Below are positions 1 through 12,100 of a stretch of DNA of 64,000 bases, one piece after another. This stretch comes from Callorhinchus milii (taxonomy: Eukaryota): contig NW_024704761.1 of the NCBI RefSeq assembly GCF_018977255.1, forward strand, positions 1,674,001-1,738,000, in the 5' to 3' direction. Position numbers and translations under genes: made by a program. Position 1 is the stretch's first letter, and each line of letters starts with the position of its first letter. The notes under the pieces are model-generated. The model searched no databases and was not told where the DNA came from. It was given only the letters and a program-made list of their open reading frames with translations.

Positions 1-3000
1 TACAGCGCCCTTCACTCAGGGCAGCGCCTCGCAGCCCTTAACAGTGGCGGAGCCTGATGCCGAGCCGGGGGAGGGGGGAGGTGACCGTAAGCACGGCCGA
101 AGAGGAAGGTCTTCAGCTGTGATTTAAAGGAGAGGAATGTTGGGGTTTAACTGCTGTGGGCAATTGGCTGCCGCGTTTCGCCCACAAAATATACAGTCAA
201 TTCCCTTTGCAGTAATTGAGAGGGGTTTCCTCAGCTGTTTCTTCTATTTGTGGAATAAAGCGAAGGGTTAAAGCCCTCAACTCTCACCCTCTGCGTTTCC
301 ATCCGGAGCGACTGTTCGTGAGGGAAGGACAAGAAGCGCTTTGAGATGTCTAGAAGCTCTATTACTTTTGCATTCTTATTCCGACACCTCATCTCCCCAA
401 GAATCTGCAGGAGCCTTGAGCACAGGTTGTGTTTCGCTGTAAAGAGTGCAAATGGATCGCAGGTAACACAGTCCATGGCCTGACCATCACAGCGCATCTG
501 TGTATGAGTTTGCAGCGGAGGGAGGGAGGGAGGGAGGATGGAAGGGAGGGAGGGAGGGAGGGTGGGTGTGTGGGCACATTACTTGGTGACATGTTAATAC
601 TCTGCAGCACTTGGCGGGCGACTGGAGCACATCATTTACTGCTTATGTTTCCACTAAATAGAACGCAGACAACAGGGGCTCCCGCAGAGCTGTGTAATTT
701 TGCTGTCACAGTGTGTTTGCTTCACCCAGGAGCCACACGGACGCATTATTGCAAGCAATCCCCTGCCTCGCATCTCAATATCCTCCTACTGTGTGGACGT
801 TGGAACCTGCAGTAAAGCCAGTCAGTGGGTCCTACACTATCACAACAACAGCAACTTCTTCTTCGACCATGCCATCGGCCACCCCCCTTCCCCTCCCTCC
901 CTTCTCCCCCCGACCCCAGCTCGGGTCTGAAATGCTGTACACTGTCCAGCGCCTTGGGACGTCCTCCTGACGTGAAAGGCGCTCTACAAATGTAATCTTG
1001 TTGTTGTCTCATAACTTTCAAGCTCACCAGCTTAATCTTAAAGCGGTCAGCGTAAGATAGCCCTGCCTGTGAGAGGCAAGAGAGCTCATATACATCACAA
1101 TTATAATAATAATACTAATATCCTTGTATTTAGCAAAGTGCCTTTCATGTGGGTAGGACATCCCAAAGCGCTTCACAGGATATACTGCAAAGTGTAGTGA
1201 CTGTGTAATTGTGGGCGAACGCGGTAGCCAACTGCGCACAGCAGTGTCCCACCAACAGCCATGAAACAAATGACTCATTTTACTTGGGGGGGGGGCGTTG
1301 TTGGCCAGTGCTAGGGTTCTGTTGACTTCCATCCGAACAGGCAAACCCGACCTCGGTTTAACGTCTCCTCCGAAGGTCGTTGCTCTAATGCTAACTGCAG
1401 GCAGGCAACATAAAGAGCTTCTCTTTATTTCCACTTCAATGAAGACATCTTCTGTTTGCTCTAAGAATTAACTGTTACCCCCCCCCCCACCCTTCCCCTT
1501 CCTTTCATGACACTCTGTTAACTATGGTTCTTATCAGAAACAAGCTCTGCCTTTTTGAATGATAGAAAACCTGCCATAGACACTTGGGAAGTAACAGTGT
1601 TAAGGAATCTGGAGAAAGAGCAGAGAAAGGAGATTAAAGTATAAATAGGTGTAATGGTATAACAATGCAGTGGGTCAGGTTGGCTGAATGGTTCAATGGC
1701 CTCCTATTCCTGCGTTGCAAGCCCCTTCCCCCATCCCCAATGTCTTCATCTCATGGGATTCATTTATTAACTGCAGTTTCTGACGAGGAACAAACCAAAT
1801 TATTCACTTCAGCAAACCAATGAATATTTATTGGCTCACTCACATCTGTTACCATCTTCTTCCTCCTGCATGACGTGCATGTCTCTCCCATGCATCAATT
1901 CCAGATAATTAGCAAGAAAGCGAAGGGAGGAATTTCTTTTGATGCAAAGGATGTGGAATGCTTTGCTGACTGCTGTGGATAAGGCAGAATTCATAGAGGC
2001 TTTCAAGAGAGATATCTCAAAAGCAGTAATTTATAGGGGGGAGGAGGGGGTGAGAAGGCAGGTCAATATGACTGAACAGATTGTTCTTTCACAGTCAAAA
2101 TGGAGCAAATGACTTTCTGTGCTGACAATGTCTATCCCTTTATGTTGTTGATTTGACAAGCGCTATATCAAGTCCAATTGATATAATAATAATAATTCTC
2201 GCATTTGACACAGCGCCTTATCACGTCTTTGAGACGTCTCAAAGTGCTTAACACAATATACTGTAAAGTGAATTGACTGTATGTCATGTGGGCGAAACTC
2301 AGAAGCCAACTGCGCACAGCAGCGTCCCACAAACAGTCGTGGATTGAGTGACCAAATGATTATTATTAAGCCAACACCTCGAGGAGCTGGAAGTGACCAT
2401 TGGGTGACGATACAGACAAACTGCAACAGCAGCGAGAAAGCTGAACACAGGCCTTTCCCCGAAGTGTAATTGTGATTCTAGCAAAGATAATTCTGAGCAC
2501 TGCAGTTTCAAGCGATTGGTAATGAGAAGATTACTGAATTAGTGTTTAATAACAAGCAACCGGATTATTCAGTTGAGCAGAAGCCAGCGACCTTAACACA
2601 AACCCAGTGCAAGTTAATTAATTCACACTTTTCATTAATTAATCATCGTTTGGAATTTCTGGAACTATTTGACCTCACCTTAAGGACAGCAAGGTCGAAA
2701 GAATATTTTTTTTGACGAGATGCGTTAAGGAAATACTCCTCCAGCACAGAAGCTCTTAAATGTGAGGCTGTAATTGAAGAGCATTTGGTGGTGTGACACC
2801 CATTCCTTCAAGTTCCTTTTGATGGAGAGTAGTGCTGGCTCTGTAACCCATAGCGTTGTGGTTAGGGTGCTTGCTCTGCAAGCGAGAGGACCCAGGCAGG
2901 GCGAAACACAGTAATTAGGAACCCGGCTGTATTTGTAGGTAAACACAGCCAAGTTGCAGAGGCAACTGAACCCAATCTGGAGGTTTGTTAAACAGGGAGT

Positions 3001-6000
3001 TGGGAGAAACCCCCTCGTTTCTCTCTCTGTACACATATTTGAAACAGAATTTGTTTTTTTAATCTACCTTGAAAGGGCAAACGGCTGAGTGAATAGAATG
3101 CATTTGAAACTCACAAAGTCTGGTGCACAGCTGACTGAACCAACTGAGATGCCAAAATATCCATTCCCCTCTCTCCAAATAAACACGTTACAGGAAAAAA
3201 ATGAAGCTAAATCAGGCACAGGATCCGAAAGGCCAGTGGCAGCCTGTTTCTCCCTAACCCTCGTTACACCTGCCCGCTCCAAATTGTCTTTGTTATTTCT
3301 GTGAGATTGACAAATACCACCGATGCACGTCACTGGTGAGGCAGAGCAGGGACAGACAGCACTCTGGTCAGGCCCAAGGGCTCCAGCATCAATAATGGCT
3401 GTCAGCCACAGAACTCAATCAAGGGCTGTGCTAGTAATTGGTGTTCTGAGGGAACCTTCAAACCGTGGACAGCGCTGGAGATTTCTTGTTCAGGTCTTGT
3501 TACTTTTAGACCCGCTCAGATTAAGCTTTCACCCACCAGAGACTGTCACCAGAGGAAGCAAGTCACAAAAATGGCAGCACAGACACAAGAGCGAAAACAT
3601 GAGTTTCTGTGGTGCTAAAGGGAATTGGGTTTAGGATTGAAGCCTCCGTTTACGTAGCAGTAAGTAGGAACTTGGTTGTTAGACGATTGGCGGATCGCTT
3701 TCCGGGGGTAATAATCCATTAAAAAAACAATAAAATAATGATAATTTGGTCACTCAATCCTTGACTGTTTGTGGACACCGCAGTGTGTAATTGGCTGCCG
3801 TGCTCCACCCACAAAATATAGAGTCACTCCACTTTACAGTATATTTTCGGTGAAGCTCTTTGAGATGTCTTGATAGAAGTGATAAGGTGCTATATCAAAT
3901 GTAAGGATTATTAAGGATTGCTGACCAAATGCCTGGTGAAGATAATTACAGACTGATGCCTTATTGGGATCATCTGCCCCTTTTCCCTTTGGGCCTCTCT
4001 TTATTTCTCCTCCCTCCTCGACTCCCACCCCCCACCCCAACTGCACTCCAAGCCTAAACAAAGCAAAACCAAGTAGAGGATGAAAACAAGCCCACAAAAT
4101 TCCGCATGTGTAAACAGTTTACAAAACTGTAATTGGCTTAATGTCGTATCTGCGAGTGAGTGTTCAAAACAATATACACATAAAAAGAAAAAGCACGAGA
4201 CAGAGCAATTGAAATCCCCCAAACTGTTTAACAATCTCACTAATCTCTCTCTCTCTCTCTCTCTCACGTTCACTGCAAGCCCCAAACTCTACTGCATTGC
4301 TCTGGACTTTCCTCAACCCAACAGTTTCTGGAATGAATGCTGAGTTAATGCTTCTTCTCAGAAAACACTGGAATGTCTTAGCAGCCGTTGCACAAAGGCA
4401 AAAACCACACTGGGCATCACTGAGCTCACTCGCTCGCTCTCTCGCTCGCTCTGTGTTGTGGATCTTTCGACATGTGCTTATTATATATAAGTGGGAAATT
4501 GCATAAGAAAGGGAGAATAAACCTCAGTGTGTTTATTTCACTTTGTTCCTCCTGGAACATTGGGACAGGCAGCCAGTGCCAAGCCAGGGCAAGTACAAAC
4601 AGTACTGGACAAAAAGGAAACAGGCAAAAATGTAAATATATTGAGAAATAATTGGATTAAAATAGTAGGTGGAGAGGAGAGGTGGGGGAGAGTAGAGAGG
4701 GGAAATAGGGAGGCAGCAATAGAGGAGAGGGGGGAAAGAGGAAGGGGGGAGAGGGGAGAGAGCAGAGGGGTGGGGGAGTAAGATGATAGAGGCTTAAGTA
4801 AAGAGATAAAGGCAGAAAATACTGGGATGACTCGAACATGCCCATGACAGCTATCAAATCATTGCTATTCGCATTTAGATTTCGCAGGCAGAACTCCAGC
4901 ACTCTGTTGGGTCGGTTGGGAAGAGTGTTGGCCACTGAGCCACAAATCTCAGCTGCTCTCAGGTTCACTCCCTGGATCTTGAGGAGCTTTGTTGATCTTG
5001 GCTGGACTGGCAAGTGGGGGCTCAACAATTCTCTCAGGAAGTGTGGGTGCAGACGGGCTGCGCTTTCAGCCACTGCGCCCTGAAACTCTGGGAACGCTCT
5101 TCCTCAATCCCTCCGCCTCGCCCCTTCCTTCCCCATCTTCCGGTCACCTCTCCTCTCCCCCTGGCTCGGGAGTCATGCCCCATCACTGTCGAGCGCTCTG
5201 GGACACTGCCCCGAATTAGGGTCGCTGTGTAAATGCAGGCTGTCGTTGTACAGGATCAGGCTCAGAGCAGCCACCGGCTCCCTCAGAACCAGACACAAGC
5301 ACAAGCCAGATCTTTTTTTTCCAGAGTGGGAGGGGGGGGGGGGGGTGAGGGAAAAATTGGAAGGGGTAAGATTAGAGAGACAGATTTCACCACAAGTGAA
5401 CCTTACGTACATCTTTGGCACGTTGGAGTGAGAGATGTGTCACGTTAAAAGATACCTTTCCTAACACAGCTTGCGAGGTTGTTTCGGGATTTGGCAGGCA
5501 GCACTTTGGTTTATTATATCAAGTGCAATCCCCCCCACCCCACTCCTCCTCCCCCACTGCGGCTGTAATTAGCAGAGCTCGGCAACAGGCTGGCGGGGGG
5601 GGGTGGTGGTGGTGGTGGGGAGGAGCCATTGCTGCTGTAATTAACTTGTCACTCCTAATTAACCGCCTGACAGATTGCACCATCGCACGAACGGCAAGAG
5701 CCGGGATCCAGCGTGAGGGGAAGCGCGCGGAAGGAAACTCTCTCTTCGCCCCAGATTAACCCCTGCCGCGGGGCAGGAGAAGCCAGAGCAGAGCCAACGG
5801 TTGTATCTCTGGGAGGTAGACGTCTCGAAGGCGTGATAAGGCGCTGTATCAAATGTAAGGATTATTATCGTGTAAAGGTTTGCTTGATTTACCTTTGGGA
5901 ACTGGATAGAGATTTCCAGGTACTTTCGCGACTCGGATTTAGTTCTCTTGAGTGTGGTACCGCAGATAAAAATTCAAAGAATCTCAACGTCTCATTCTCT

Positions 6001-6371
6001 CAACGACCTCCATTAGCACTGAATCTCGTCAACCCATATCCTCGATTAGAGCCTTGAAACACCGTCGCTTTGTTTACAGCTACAAGCACCGAGTGTCTGA
6101 ACTACTTTCCTAAAGTAACGCAACGCTGAATTTCTCCAGGCTTTGAATGTTCTGCAGATCAAACTGCGGGGCTGTGAGATGCGAGGAAACGGGGGAAGCT
6201 GGAGCTGACTATTAACAAGATATAAGTACCAGTGTATCTGACAGCGAAATCTGCTACAAACGCAGTCATGTCTCGCCAAACCTTCACATGTACAACTTTT
6301 CCATATTCATGACTTGAATTTCGCATTGCATGGATTTATACAGCCCCGCGGCCATTGGGCGCATTCTTGGC

Positions 6372-6406
<35 letters not shown>

Positions 6407-9035
6407 CTGTAACTAACAATAATCTTTGCAGCCTCAGCGAAGAAGACTGCTGTGCGCAATTGGCTGCCGCGTTTCGCCCACAAAATGTCCAGTCAGTTCA
6501 CTTTACAGTGTACTATGTGAAGCGCTTAGAGACGTCTCGAAGACGTGATGAGGCGCTGCATCAAATGCAAGGATTGTTATTATTATTATTATTACCATTA
6601 TTATTATTTCTTAATTACTCTCCTCGCAACTGGGCTTAAAATTGCCCTTTACAACTGTGAACCAAGGTCCTCTTCAACTGTCTTGGGGGCATCTCAAAAG
6701 GATTGTTCAATTCCATTTAAAATCTCTGAGTTGTCTCCTATCAAGACTAAAGAGCCCGAGTTTGTATTTTTCTAAAAAAAATATGGAAATCTATCTATAT
6801 ATTTTTGACAAATATCAACGCCAGAACAGTTGGAATGTCTCAAACCCACTCCGAGGGTTCAATCACTGTACGATCAACGTGGCATTAATTACACCCGACC
6901 AGCTGCCTTTCCCAACCTAACCTGACAAGAGAGACAGATCCGAGCCCCTGTCTGGGGCAGCCTGTGACAGCCGCGCACACGCAGAGCTCCACAGTAACCT
7001 CTTCGCTGATGTAAGCTGCTGAATCCAGCTGCGGAATTGGCCGCCATCAATACTGTAACCTGTCAGCGCACGAACCTAATGAAGACAGAGCCGAGTGATT
7101 GATGATAAGTGTTGGGTATCACCCACCGGGGAGCCAAACACAGGGAAGAGACGCCACGGCAACCAGGCACATACCACAGCCTTCATACACACACGCACAC
7201 ATGCACACGCACACATTCACACACACACGTGCGCACACGCATAACGCCAGCTCCTTCTGGCTGCAATAACTTCGCACAAGATGGTGACAGAAGAACAACA
7301 CCACCAACAACAACTTGCATTGATACAGCCCTCCCTTTCACGGCAGGGCAGCGTCCCGGAGCGCTTAACAGTGGCGGAGCTCGACCCCGAGCCGGGGCGA
7401 GGGAGGAGGTGACTGTAAGCGCAGCCAAAGAAGAAGGTCTTGGGGCGTGATCTGAAAATGGGGAAGCAGAAGGCGAGGCGGAGGAAATGAGGGAAAGCTT
7501 CGGGGTGTCGTGGCTGAAAGCACGGCCGCCGATGGTGGGGTGGAGGGGATGAGGGACAAGCAGGAGGCTGGAGCCAGCGGAGTGGACAGTGTTCAGATCA
7601 GCACATTCCTGAACAATGTTAAAAGGCTCCCGGACATTTAAACATTGTACCTCATCCTTAGTCAGTCTCAGGAACTGAGAAGAAGATGAGTCCCTGTGTG
7701 TGTGACAGCCTGTCCACACTGTCTGCGCTCACAAGGGAACAATAGCTATTGGGGAGCTGGGGGTGGGGGGAAGAGATCGATGGTAAATAATGATAAGAAA
7801 CAGACTGGAGATGAAGAGATCAATACATTGATCATCTCTCCAACCTGACTTATGGCTTCATTTTGTAAAGAAAGGGTTTGTATGCTTCTTGCGCTTATAA
7901 CGTCAAACAAGTGTTTTTTGTGAAATGATTACTGTGAAGTGTAGTAACTGTTTTTGTAGGCCAACACAGCAGCTATTTTTTGTCCTCTAAACAGCCAGGA
8001 AGTGAATGACCGATTTACCTGGAGGATTTTCGGTCAGGACAGGGAGGTGCAAAAGCAGCGCAGAACAAGCAGAAATCCCCATTTATGTTCAACTTAGAAC
8101 AAAAGAGGCTTTAAAATGATTTATTTGTAACCAGTGCCCCACATCCATTTGTGTTGCGATGCTGATTCCTGGTGTGACAGACAGCCTTCCTGTATATGGT
8201 TACGTAACAAGCCTTTCAAGTATGGATGTTTGCAAGAAAGCCCGAGACTGACACAAACCGTTCCTAAACCATCAAATAATTTGTTTAACCTACTAACGTG
8301 ACAAGATGTATTTTGATATAAATGTGTGTCTGTGTCGCTTCGGATCGAAGACTTAGGAGGAAATGGGCTGCATTGATTAATGAGCTGTTGTGATATTTGT
8401 ACAAGCTTCACTGAGCAGCCATTACTGACAAATCGGCAGGTCAGATATCTGTATCTGCTCAGTGCTTGCGAGTTTAGAGCAATTTCACAATGCGTTTGTA
8501 TTATTAAAGGGAGTCCTGTAGCTTAGTGGTTTGACCGCTCGCTTCGCCTGAAGCGTTTACAACAGGCGTTTTAAACGCCACCTCTTCCCAGGATCCCAAC
8601 GTAACAACCGGCCTGAACACATGGCTCGTGTCACACATCCCAGAGGTGATCGCATCTTCCCGAACAAAGGCACGGCGGTCTACTATGGCCAGCAGGAAGC
8701 CTACACAGCAAGTCTGCAGCAGATCGACGCTAGTTCCTCTTGCGTTGGGAGGGTTTAAGCTGTGAACCATCCCCTGATAAACAATCATACCAGATCCAGA
8801 CAGGGGCTATAGCTTCTTGTGGCCTGCTGAGAGCTGTGATCTGAACATGGGGCGGGTGATGAGAGGCATTCGACCAGCTGAGAACCTCTGTACTGAACTC
8901 CTCTCCTACAAACCCCCACTCGCCCCACACCCTCCTCCCTCACACCCCCACCCCACAAACACACACATACACATACACACTGAACCTGTTTCAGTTTCCC
9001 CATGTCCTGCAGCTGACTTGCTGTCTGTGTCCTAC

Positions 9036-9116
9036 CTTGTTCGGTGAATAGTGAGAGTTGACGCATCGAATCAGTTCCTGGGTATCGTCTGCCTCCAGCT
9101 CCCCGCGGATTACAAC
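9036..9116 (-). CDS. SPATA20: SPATA20 penultimate exon ([27 protein letters not shown])
   Basis: Acceptor ggcctgcag after a CT tract, donor AAG|gtagga, 81 nt, phase 0/0; resembles recalled mammalian IVICGD..DTKALVQCVHSVYIPNK. Confidence 0.92.
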
Positions 9117-12100
9117 CTGCAGGCCGAGAGAGAGAGGCAGAAACACAAAGGGTTAATGCCGAGTCTGGGCACAGTGAGTATTTCACCGTATCAACAATAA
9201 CAACAACAACTGGCATTTATTTATTGCCCTTCAATGCGGGGGCAGAGTCTCCGAGCGTGTGGAGCATCTCCTCAGACCACAGCAATCACAGCACGTCACT
9301 GGTTCCCTCAGCCCTCAGGTGTGATTAGAACATTTCACAAAATAATCAGGTTTTTTTTTTACATTTGCTCAGGGTTTTACACAGCTCAAATACACTATTT
9401 ACAGCCTCTCCCTGGTTTAACCCAATTTTCTCCCCTCCCCTCCTGACACCACAGATTCCCCCCGCCATCTGCCTCCACAACCCCATCCAAAAGCCATTCC
9501 TCACCCGCCAGGGGATTAGAGCTTTGGCTCCCCGTGGACAAGGATTGTCCTCACTCAGCTCCCACTAACCCTACAAGCCAAAGCCCTAAAGGTGGTCCTA
9601 GCTGGACAAGCAGCAGGAAGCTTGTCAGACAGTGCTCTCAACGACAAGCTGCGTGGTTTTAGCTGGTCAGACTCCAACAGTTACCCCAACACACACTCTG
9701 GGCTTTCCAAGTTTTGGCAACCTGTGACTAATGCTCTCTTGCATTAGGTTATGTCCCTCCAGGGAGAGTCGCATTGCATCCACACAGGGAAATTTCTGGC
9801 TGACACACTGCTTCTCGGTTGGTTTTCAACACAAACTCAACAAATTCTTAATTGCACTGTCAAGTGTCCACACACGAGACGAGTAAATAAATATAATTAA
9901 ACAGATAATAACATTTGCAACTGTTACCGCACATTGTCAGGACATCTCAAAGCATTTGAACAGGATTTTCTGTAAAGTGTACTGACTGTATTTGTAGATG
10001 ACAAGCCGTGTGTGCAAGGGAATTCTCGAGTGCAGAACTGGACCACACATGATTGCAGCTTCAAATCATGTTTGGTAGTGAGTAGCTTAACTCAAGCAAG
10101 GCAGCAGTCAGGGCCACAATTAGGGAGAGTAAAATCCTTTCTCAAATAATCCCCAAATTACTGTTTTTCCATGTTAACTTCTTCAGCTAAGATGACAGAG
10201 AGGTATTGACGGTGAGCACTGACACTGATTTAGAGCGAGTTGGGGTTAGATAACCTGAGAGCACATCTCATACCTCTCATTGCAGTCAAGAGCGATTTCT
10301 GATTCCCTGGTTCCTGATGACGTTAAAAGCAGAGTTCTTTCTATGTGCGTGTAAAAAATACCTCTGAAAGCACATGTTCCTAAACTGCTTGGAAATGCCA
10401 AAATCAATGTTGGATCAGCCTGTCGCAGACACCGACAACAGCTGTAAAATCTCAGCTCTGTGCAGATGAAAAGTGCTGGACTGTGAAATCCACTGGACTG
10501 TGAAACTGTCAGAAAAAGTGATTCAGTACTTCTGCGCGGATGTAATATGAAAGCGACACATGGGCTGCGATCAAAGCAGAAGGAAAGCCCTCGTTCTCCA
10601 ACACTAGGAGCTAATTCACCCGGATTAGCAACCAGCAACAGATCAGACAACAGTGTGTGTGTGTGTGTGTGTGTGTGTGCTGACTCTGGCTTGCACAATG
10701 TCCGTAGAATCTGACCCTTTTTATATTGAGGGTTTATCCTGCTCTGGTCAAAGGCTACATTGGCCCGCAAAATATACAGTCAAAATATACTGACAAAATA
10801 TACAATCAATTCAATTCAGGCTGCTGCGTGGTTCCGTGAGCCTGACCTGGTGTAGTGAGAAAAAGCCACGACTGATCTTCCAATTAACATCAGATCACTC
10901 ATGTAAAAAAATTCCCTTTGAAATGTGTTCTTCAAGAAACAATGCCAATAAACTCGATAAGAAAAAAATGACTTTGTGCCCAGGACCAGATATCTGAGGA
11001 GCGTCTGCAAATCAAAGGGAAATGTAGGAGCCCTGGGGATTTCCTTTAAAGACACACTGTGCGTGCAGAGGCTATGTGAACAGGCTATTTGCAGTCTCCG
11101 AGGCTCTCTCAGACGTACACAGGGCTGCACTGTGGTCTGGCTTTTATCCAGCTCATATTCTAAGAAGAGCAAAAAGGTTTATTGAAACGCCTTTCTTGTC
11201 TTGAGCAAGCAGCTAGACAGAGTTACCTCAAAGTCTTAACATGGAACTAAGCTCCAGTTCTGCTGTTTGGCCATCGTTGGCCAAGGCTCTTAAGCAAAAA
11301 TTCCAGAACGGGCCAAAAAAGAAATGGCTTTAATGCTGGGAGCACACAGCAGGATGATTGGCAGAAGCAAAGCCACGTTAACATTTCACTAGAAAGCCCG
11401 TTGGCACTCCTGATGACTGGTCTCACTCAAGACATTCCCCCCACCCCATCATTCCCGTGAGATGAGGTCGACCCTTTGTGCCTATTCCAGTCTTGCATCG
11501 CTCCACGGGCTTGAAGCCACCAGCCTCTTCAAGATGGTGATAAGGCTTTGAGACATCTCACCGAGAGATATCAAATGCAAGGATTATTATTATTATTATT
11601 AACTTCAGTGGGAGGGAAGGTGGGGATTGCTGGGGAAGGAGAACAAACTGCAAACAGTTGTGAAGCACTCATCTTACCTGCTCACATCTGTCAGTGGGAT
11701 AAAGGTTAAAGGCAAATCTGCAATGTGTTCCTCCGTATTCCCAGATGATATTTAATGAACCGTAACTTCATCAGAAATGTCCCAGTTTACCACAACATAT
11801 TACAAAACTTGCAATTAAAACATAAAAGGGATATATTTAAAAATGTGGTTGAGCATGGCTAGTTTGGGAGCTCCTTTGCCAATTAATTTGTTTGCGGGAT
11901 GACGAGAGATTTGCAAGCAAGGAAAGCGTGAATACTATTTTATTACAGATTGGCTCAAAAGCCCTGACTCCTTCTTTTCAGAAGTTAGCAGTTTAGAAAG
12001 TTATTGCTATGTTTCAGGTGTCAGTTTGGCTCAGCGGTAGCACTCTCGCTTCTGAGATGGAAGGCTGTGGGTTCGAATCCCACATTGGGAATTTGAACTC

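Noticed and set aside
231-497. 88-aa Cys-containing minus-strand ORF with an acceptor-like start
   Set aside because: No similarity to the SPATA20 C-terminus or any protein I recognise; the length is compatible with chance.
3323-3365. AVCPCSASPVT on the minus strand as the missing SPATA20 last exon
   Set aside because: Only superficial similarity; the expected VLILADG..LPFL start and spacing are absent.
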